Shown in pieces: positions 9,510 to 16,127 of a DNA stretch of 32,000 nucleotides. The notes beneath the pieces were generated by a model. That model was not told the origin of the DNA and did no database searches. It saw only the letters and a program-made list of their open reading frames with translations. The translations under genes and the position numbers were made by a program. Source of the DNA: Candidatus Babelota bacterium (GTDB taxonomy: Bacteria; Babelota; Babeliae; Babelales; Vermiphilaceae); the NCBI GenBank assembly GCA_039809905.1, contig JBDHVY010000001.1, positions 360,001 through 392,000 of the forward strand. Direction: 5' to 3'. Numbering within the stretch: position 1 is the stretch's first letter; every line of letters begins with the position of its first letter.

Positions 9510-10868
9510 TTATTGATGCATTGTGCTATGATTCTTTGCTATTTCAATATAACGTGATGCGCCAGGCTTTAATGTTCTTTCCATAGTCATACGATCAACA
9601 GAAAAAATACCAAAATGATTGTCATATGATCCCCAATCACAAGCATCAAACAGACTATAATGATAATAGCCTTGAACATTATAGCCATCTTTAATAGCTT
9701 GTGAAACAGCATATACATAACGTTCATTATGCAATCTGCGAAGATCATCATCCTGTGTTGCAATACCATTTTTAGTTATCATGATTGGAATATTTAACTG
9801 ATGAGCCATTTTCCGAGAAACTTCATCAATTGCGTAATATAATCCCTCTGGATATACAGTAAGCGATTGTATCTCTGTTTTCATCTCTTTCTCAAACGGA
9901 ATCCGCTTAAAGTTTTTCATTTGATAATGACAATAATAATCAATACCAACAAAATCAATTGAGCTTGGAGCTAATGGATTACTATGATGCTTTACCACAC
10001 CACCCCATGATTTTGGTAACTTAATTGAAACATCGAACTTGCCTGTTGAAAAGAATTTATAAATTGTTTCATTAGTAAGGATATTAGCCATTGAACATGC
10101 TAATCTATCCCAGAAATATTTTGGCTCAAGTTGAACAACATGCTTGGTAATACCAACTTGTATTTCCGCATCAATGTTTTTAAGAATACTATACACACGG
10201 ACATGAGCATCAAGTTCATTAGCTAAAACATCCATAGCCAATTGCATATCTTTTTTGAATGGCGGATGTGTTTTATTCCAGTACGCAAGCATAGCATAAG
10301 ATTCTGGTGACCAAAACGTAATATACCGATCAACCGTACCTTTTAATGCTTGAGCAACAGTACTGCAGTACTGTTCAAAAATATCAATATTTTGACTATT
10401 TTCAAAAGCACCTTTTTTAATATACCATGATGGATCTTCAAGTCCCTTGAGAACCACAATGACTTTAATATCATTACGGCGACATTCTGCAAATTCATCT
10501 GAATAGCGCTTTAATACATCTTCATTAAATTCACCTTCAGACGGCTCTATTTTGCTCCAATCAAGAACATAAATAATTTCCGTCATACCAATCTGTTTAA
10601 TTAACTGTATATCTTTTTGATAGCGCGTATCATGCTCAACGCCCTTGCCCACTTCTGATACTAACCATTCGCCTTTTAAACCATTTCCTTCAACGGTTTT
10701 TCCGAGCAAAGTTACACCAAAATTAAAGCTTTTTGGAAAAGACATTGATGCTACATCTATCTTTGACCAATTCCAATATGGTACCGATTGCGCAGAAAAA
10801 ACAGCGCTCATCGATAAAAAAATAGTGAAAAAACCAATTGATTTCTTAATCATAAACATACCCCCCAC
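9510..10868 (-). CDS. Exported glycoside hydrolase family 1-like protein, probably catalytically inactive
   Basis: GH1-type architecture including ITKNGIATQDDDLRR...ERYVYAVSQAIKDGYNVQGYYHYSLFDACDW...HFGIF; signal peptide MIKKSIGFFTIFLSMSAVFSAQ (likely start 10853). Key GH1 catalytic motifs are altered (see findings). Confidence 0.85.
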   Translation of the reverse strand: MGGMFMIKKSIGFFTIFLSMSAVFSAQSVPYWNWSKIDVASMSFPKSFNFGVTLLGKTVEGNGLKGEWLVSEVGKGVEHDTRYQKDIQLIKQIGMTEIIYVLDWSKIEPSEGEFNEDVLKRYSDEFAECRRNDIKVIVVLKGLEDPSWYIKKGAFENSQNIDIFEQYCSTVAQALKGTVDRYITFWSPESYAMLAYWNKTHPPFKKDMQLAMDVLANELDAHVRVYSILKNIDAEIQVGITKHVVQLEPKYFWDRLACSMANILTNETIYKFFSTGKFDVSIKLPKSWGGVVKHHSNPLAPSSIDFVGIDYYCHYQMKNFKRIPFEKEMKTEIQSLTVYPEGLYYAIDEVSRKMAHQLNIPIMITKNGIATQDDDLRRLHNERYVYAVSQAIKDGYNVQGYYHYSLFDACDWGSYDNHFGIFSVDRMTMERTLKPGASRYIEIAKNHSTMHQ

Positions 10869-10953
10869 TTAAAACATAAATTACCATTCTGGATACATAA
10901 TCGAAACAATAAAAATATCCCTATTAGTAATTATATAATTAACTGTGGCATTG

Positions 10954-12957
10954 TCAACAGGCAGAAATGACATTACCCTTAAAAGAGCATAATATATTGA
11001 TCCAATCAATAAATCGACTACTTTTTTCGTCATCTTCAAACCACCAGGTAGCAGGGCCTTGTTCTAATTTGAATAATCGCTTGAAAACGCCAAGCTTTGT
11101 TTCTTCGATTTTTACCTGATAATTCGCAAAAATACCGTCGGTATCCTGCTCCAGAAATATTGGCTTTTTATTATGCGTTGCGATAGCAACCAAAGAATGC
11201 GAATAATTAGCAATATTTTTACCAAATTGATAAATTCGCCGAGCTGCTTGAGTATCAACTATTCCCCTATAAGGTTCATCAATAAGCACAAGCATATGAT
11301 TTTTACTGTCTGAGAGTCCTATTTCTATCAATAGTTCTTGCATAACCTTCATTTCTGCCATACCCGTTGAAAGCTCTTGAGATAAATTTTCACTCGTAGC
11401 AAGACCTGTTTTGATAGATGAAAACAGTGTTTGTTTTCCTTCTCTAAAAGGTCCTATACACCACGATTGAGCTAAAACCGCCATACCCAATGTTTTTAAA
11501 ATGGTTGATTTTCCGCCTCCATTAGGCCCTGTAATAATAATTTTTCCAGGATTATCTCCACCTAAAATAAAATCATTCGTAACCGCACGATCAGGTGATA
11601 GCAATGGTAACCATGCATCACGATAATGTAAAAATGGTTCTTGATTATCCACAAATTCGGCAAAACTAAAAACTACCCGCTTATTTTGGCTTTCCTTATA
11701 CAACGTTGCAATAGCACAATATGCATCCAATAAAGCAACTGATTGTAACAATGGAACAATTGATTTTTTCATCTGCTGAATTTCTAAATTCATAGTCAAT
11801 ACATGACCGCACGAATAAAGAGATCCTGTCTTTTTCAAAAATCGTGGCGTTAACAAGGTTTTTATAAATTGTTCTCTTTCATTGTCATATATCTCTTTTT
11901 GATCAAAAATTGTTCCCACCATTGGTACTTTCGCGTTCACCATTTTTTGCAATTTTTTGATCGCATTAATACATTCTGCAACATCAGACACACGATTTTG
12001 TAACTGATCAAGAGTTCGCTTCATCGACATAAGTTCTCGCATTGTGGAAACGATAGTATTTCCTAATTCATAATCAGAAAAAAGAGTAGGAATAGTTGCA
12101 CAGATAGATGCACTCACAGGATCCATGCTCGCTCTTAGAAAATCTGTGTCATCCCTTTTTTGGAAAAGACCAGCTAAAAATCCCAATTTTTTTCTATCAA
12201 CAAAAAAACCTTCATGTAAAACAGTATACCTATCACCCCATGATCCATAATAGAAAGCCTTAACGTAATCTTTATACGTATAACCAAGTGATTTATGTTC
12301 TTTTAACTGATCAAGGTAGGGAAGATGTTGTTTTAATGGATTCTTAAAACCAGCTTTTAAGCCCCGCATTAGATTAAGATCTTCCTTTCCATAAAGCCAT
12401 CTCTTAAATTCTGTTGAAATTCCACCAAATGCTAATACACCTATCAAATACTTCCATGCAATAAACAGTTCCATGATTGTACTCACATTGAGCGCAAGAC
12501 TACTCTTATTGAGCTCTTTGAGTCCCTTTACCGAATAATAAAATCCCCGTGCATTTCTACTTAATTCATCATGCTTATCCCAATAAGCAAGAAGATGCTT
12601 TTCAGCATCACGAATAGATTTCAATTGTTGTTGAAAGAGGTGCATTTTATCTTCATGCTCAACCAAAAACATAATAATTTTTTTACGCTGCTCCAATTCT
12701 TTTTTATCTGCTATGGGATGCAGCAATTGAATAAGCCCCCACCTTCCAAAAGATGTTGTTGTCCGGTCAAGCTGAGTTACCAATTCATCAAGTTTCAGCT
12801 CCTTCCATTCACGTTTACCGATAATAGATTGCGCAGGAAGAATATAAGGAACAGTATTAAGAACATACTCAACATGCTTGCTTAAGCTCGAATCTGCAGC
12901 AATTTCATGACAAAAAAAAGAAAGAAAAAACAATCCCAATGACATGATTAATACCAT
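10954..12957 (-). CDS. MutS-family core/ATPase-domain protein lacking the mismatch-recognition domain, with a hydrophobic N-terminus
   Basis: LDRTTTSFGRWGLIQLLHPIADKKELEQRKKII (MutS core-like); Walker A TGPNGGGKST; TGLATSENLSQELSTGMAEM and VLIDEPYRG as in the MutS ATPase; N-terminus MSLGLFFLSFFCHEIAADSS. Confidence 0.8.
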   Translation of the reverse strand: MVLIMSLGLFFLSFFCHEIAADSSLSKHVEYVLNTVPYILPAQSIIGKREWKELKLDELVTQLDRTTTSFGRWGLIQLLHPIADKKELEQRKKIIMFLVEHEDKMHLFQQQLKSIRDAEKHLLAYWDKHDELSRNARGFYYSVKGLKELNKSSLALNVSTIMELFIAWKYLIGVLAFGGISTEFKRWLYGKEDLNLMRGLKAGFKNPLKQHLPYLDQLKEHKSLGYTYKDYVKAFYYGSWGDRYTVLHEGFFVDRKKLGFLAGLFQKRDDTDFLRASMDPVSASICATIPTLFSDYELGNTIVSTMRELMSMKRTLDQLQNRVSDVAECINAIKKLQKMVNAKVPMVGTIFDQKEIYDNEREQFIKTLLTPRFLKKTGSLYSCGHVLTMNLEIQQMKKSIVPLLQSVALLDAYCAIATLYKESQNKRVVFSFAEFVDNQEPFLHYRDAWLPLLSPDRAVTNDFILGGDNPGKIIITGPNGGGKSTILKTLGMAVLAQSWCIGPFREGKQTLFSSIKTGLATSENLSQELSTGMAEMKVMQELLIEIGLSDSKNHMLVLIDEPYRGIVDTQAARRIYQFGKNIANYSHSLVAIATHNKKPIFLEQDTDGIFANYQVKIEETKLGVFKRLFKLEQGPATWWFEDDEKSSRFIDWINILCSFKGNVISAC

Positions 12958-13033
12958 ATAACTAATTCCCCCCTCAGGAAATTTTTTAGAATTTATTACT
13001 TAATTTATACATAGGTAAATAAGAACACTATTT

Positions 13034-14224
13034 TTATACAACATGAGAAAGTTGCATAATTGGCGAATATACCGCAAAAATAAGTATGGTTACCAACAAA
13101 CCAAGTAAGATAATAACACATGGCTGCAAAAAGAAAACAAATCGCCGCAAGCTTTCTTCTACTTTATCATTATACACTAAAGCAGCTGCTTCAAGCGAAT
13201 TTCCCAATGTTCCGGATTCTTGACCAACATAAACCAAAGCAATAACCTCCGGCAAAAAAAGCATGGTTTCTGCCATTGCACTAGCCAACAATTTTCCCGC
13301 TTCAACATCATGATAGATGACCTTCAACTGTGCCTTGATCTTTTGATGCTCAACGGAATCACTTATTATTTTTAATCCTGTCATCAGTGGAGCACCACTA
13401 GAGACTAATAATGCTAATGCTTGTAATGCTTGGCACATATGATATTGCCAAACAATGGTGCTAATGAATGGAATATTATTCATTAACATATTCCATTTTT
13501 TTCGGCCTTGCTTTGTCATAAAATAACGCTGGATACAGATAAGGGTTATTGCAACAAATACAATCAGATATAGCATTAAATAACTGGACATGAATGCACT
13601 CACAGAAAGCATAAACCGTGTTAAAGCAGTCAATTCTTGCTGTAAAGAAATAAACATATCCGCAAATCGTGGAATAATAAAAATAAAAATAAAAAAACTA
13701 ATCCCAATGAAAAACGATAACGTCAAAAATGGCATTGCCAGAGCTGCACGAAGATTTTTATTAAAAATATGCTGTTTATCAAAATAATGCACTACGTTCT
13801 CTACCGCATGAATTATATTTCCTGATTCATGGCCTGCAGCAAGCATGATAACAACAATAGGATCACACAGTTCTTGATGTTTTTCTACGGCCTTATCAAA
13901 AGAAATGCCATGCTGAACATCATGGTTTACTTGCAAAAGCACATCATACATAATCGGATTACCCAACTGCTGAGCAACAACATGAAGAACGTTTGGCAAC
14001 AATACACCAGCACGTAAAAGTTTTCCTTTTTGCTTAAATAAATCACTTTTAGTTTTTGCACTAATAGGCCATAAAAAAGAAGGTGCATGAACAATTTTGT
14101 AGGATAATACAGCAAGACCATGGTTTAAAAGTTGTTGTGATAAATCCTCTGGTGAACTCGCTGACTTTTTACCTTTTTTTATTGTTCCTGTGATATCAAC
14201 ACCAACCCATCTAAAATATGGCAT
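13034..14224 (-). CDS. Type II secretion/type IV pilus inner-membrane platform protein (GspF/PilC family)
   Basis: MPYFRWVGVDITGTIKKGKKSASSPEDLSQQLLNHGL..., ...YVGQESGTLGNSLEAAALVYNDKVEESLRRFVFFLQPCVIILLGLLVTILIFAVYSPIMQL is the characteristic C-terminus. Likely start is 14224 rather than 14245. Confidence 0.9.
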   Translation of the reverse strand: MPYFRWVGVDITGTIKKGKKSASSPEDLSQQLLNHGLAVLSYKIVHAPSFLWPISAKTKSDLFKQKGKLLRAGVLLPNVLHVVAQQLGNPIMYDVLLQVNHDVQHGISFDKAVEKHQELCDPIVVIMLAAGHESGNIIHAVENVVHYFDKQHIFNKNLRAALAMPFLTLSFFIGISFFIFIFIIPRFADMFISLQQELTALTRFMLSVSAFMSSYLMLYLIVFVAITLICIQRYFMTKQGRKKWNMLMNNIPFISTIVWQYHMCQALQALALLVSSGAPLMTGLKIISDSVEHQKIKAQLKVIYHDVEAGKLLASAMAETMLFLPEVIALVYVGQESGTLGNSLEAAALVYNDKVEESLRRFVFFLQPCVIILLGLLVTILIFAVYSPIMQLSHVV

Positions 14225-14340
14225 ACGACATCCGTTCCTCTCCAAATTGGTACCCTGAACAGCACAATCTCTATTTTTATCCCCGATGTCGCCGAGTCTT
14301 CATTGGGGTCCCCATATGAAATGATAATGAAATATGAGGC

Positions 14341-14628
14341 TCAAAACATATCCATCTGCCAATCGATACCCAATTTTTCCAATAATTGCTGAAACGTCAT
14401 TTCGATATCTACTTTAATACGTTTATTTCTTGTTTGTTCTCCAGAAACAATCGAAACCATATTTTGAGAGATATCAAGTGCCTTTGAAAGACTTTTGATT
14501 AATTCAGCATTTGCCTTACCATTCTCTGCTGGACTTTTAACATGACATTTCAAATGTCCCGATTTATCAAGTGACCAGCCTTTTTTAGAAGAGTTGGGAG
14601 TAACCTTTACCTCAAAAATAAATGCCAT
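14341..14628 (-). CDS. DUF167/YggU family protein
   Basis: FEVKVTPNSSKKGWS...LKCHVKSPAENGKANAELIKSLSKALDISQNMVSIVSGEQTRNKRIKVD; SD tggaggtta upstream of the ATG at 14628. Confidence 0.9.
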   Translation of the reverse strand: MAFIFEVKVTPNSSKKGWSLDKSGHLKCHVKSPAENGKANAELIKSLSKALDISQNMVSIVSGEQTRNKRIKVDIEMTFQQLLEKLGIDWQMDMF

Positions 14629-14762
14629 TTTTAACCTCCAACTGATGAATTTGATTTTTCCATTATTCTTCATCATGAGTAAAAAAAGCTTAACTCAGCT
14701 TAAAAAAAATATACAATACTTTAAAAAATGTTATATTTAAGCAGGAAATGTTAATAAGTTAC

Positions 14763-14790
14763 TTGAAAAAATAGTAAATGACAGTATTCT
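14763..14790 (+). promoter_or_regulatory. Candidate promoter for the tRNA group
   Basis: ttgaaa - 16 nt - tattct about 25 nt upstream of the first tRNA. Sequence match only. Confidence 0.3.
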
Positions 14791-14813
14791 TTTGAGTATA
14801 TTGAAATTTTCAA

Positions 14814-14904
14814 GGAGAGATGGCTGAGCGGCCTAAAGCGCTTGCCTGCTAAGCAAGAGTCTGGGAAACCGGGCGCGAGGGTTCGAATCCCTCTCTCTCC
14901 ACCA
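14814..14904 (+). tRNA. tRNA-Ser (anticodon GCU), CCA encoded
   Basis: GGAGAGA...TCTCTCC acceptor, CTTGC-CTGCTAA-GCAAG anticodon arm, long variable arm, GAGGG-TTCGAAT-CCCTC T-arm, ACCA 3' end. Confidence 0.95.
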
Positions 14905-14961
14905 GCTTTCGCCAAAGCCTTCAGCTGGAACGCCAGTTTTTGAAATGATTGACATTAAAAC

Positions 14962-15038
14962 GCGCCCATAGCTCAATTGGATAGAGCGTCAGACTACGGA
15001 TCTGAAGGTTGTAGGTTCGACTCCTTCTGGGCGCGCCA
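14962..15038 (+). tRNA. tRNA-Arg (anticodon ACG), CCA encoded
   Basis: GCGCCCA...TGGGCGC acceptor, TCAGA-CTACGGA-TCTGA anticodon arm, GCCA 3' end. Confidence 0.95.
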
Positions 15039-15120
15039 ATTACACAGTTCTTTTACATTTTTATCAACTTTCGCTTCTTGATTGGGGTCCTACCCCCAAA
15101 CAAAGCGCAGGTGACGCTGA

Positions 15121-15212
15121 GGAGAGATGGCAGAGCGGCCGAATGCGGCGGTCTTGAAAACCGTTATTCCGAGAGATCGGGATCGTGGGTTCGAATCCCA
15201 CTCTCTCCTCCA
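15121..15212 (+). tRNA. tRNA-Ser (anticodon UGA), CCA encoded
   Basis: GGAGAGA...TCTCTCC acceptor, GCGGT-CTTGAAA-ACCGT anticodon arm, long variable arm, GTGGG-TTCGAAT-CCCAC T-arm, TCCA 3' end. Confidence 0.93.
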
Positions 15213-15295
15213 TTTATTTTATATGGTTGATAGCACATCACATTTTTCTGTAATTTCTCAACAAAAATAAGACACACAACAAAACGAAAGAAATT

Positions 15296-16060
15296 ATGCT
15301 TAATATATCATTATTGATCGTTTTCTTTATCACTAACACGGCTACTTTTCTTTGCTCAATGGATCAAGCTTCCAAAAGAACATCAAAAGAATTAAGCACT
15401 AAAAGAAAATCCCTGCCTAAGGCTATTGCTTCTGTAGGTCCTTTTGAAAAAAAATATAAACCTAGTCCTCTCTCAACGATAAAAGAAATCAAGAGTCCGC
15501 ACGGACTTCTAATAGCTATAGAAAATAACAACTTGGCTCGCATAGAAATGTATTTATCAAATCCTCATCTTAATCTCAGTACAATAAAAGACATCAATGG
15601 AGATACGCCTCTTCATTATGCCAGCAGATCAAAAAATTTTGATTTTATTGAAAATTGTCTAACAAAAACAAATGTAGATTTTTCCATAAAAAACAAACAT
15701 GCCATAACTATCATGAAATACATTCCTCAAGATGTCACCATCAATCAGAAAGCTATTTCTTGTTCTAAAGAAAAAATTCCCACTCTTCGTGCGGTAGTTT
15801 TTGCACGAGCATCTGTTGATGGAATGGTAAATATACAAGTTGACAAATATCGACCTCACTATGAAGAAGGTTCCATAACAAAAGAGATTCTTATTAAAAT
15901 AAGCGAAGAAACAGTAAAAAAAGCTCAAGAAGATGAAAAAACTCAGGAAACACACGAAGATCGTGCAATACCCAAATTCGCTTGCTATCCCGATTATGCA
16001 ACAGTTGAGTTTATCTATCAGATGATTTTGTTTCGACTTGCACAACAAGACTCTCAATAA
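15296..16060 (+). CDS. Secreted ankyrin-repeat-containing protein
   Basis: Signal peptide MLNISLLIVFFITNTATFLCSMDQ; ankyrin-like GLLIAIENNNLARIEMYLSNPHLNLSTIKDINGDTPLHYASRSKNFDFIENCL. Confidence 0.75.
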   Translation: MLNISLLIVFFITNTATFLCSMDQASKRTSKELSTKRKSLPKAIASVGPFEKKYKPSPLSTIKEIKSPHGLLIAIENNNLARIEMYLSNPHLNLSTIKDINGDTPLHYASRSKNFDFIENCLTKTNVDFSIKNKHAITIMKYIPQDVTINQKAISCSKEKIPTLRAVVFARASVDGMVNIQVDKYRPHYEEGSITKEILIKISEETVKKAQEDEKTQETHEDRAIPKFACYPDYATVEFIYQMILFRLAQQDSQ

Positions 16061-16127
16061 ATTTCTTCTTTTTATATAACTCATTGTATTAACATTATAT
16101 CACTATTTAATCACTAAAGGGACAGCT

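Noticed and set aside
14901-14960. Possible terminator or small RNA between tRNA-Ser and tRNA-Arg (ccagctttcgccaaagccttcagctgg)
   Set aside because: There is a short imperfect inverted repeat (ccagct / agctgg), but no U-tract. It is more likely processed spacer between co-transcribed tRNAs.
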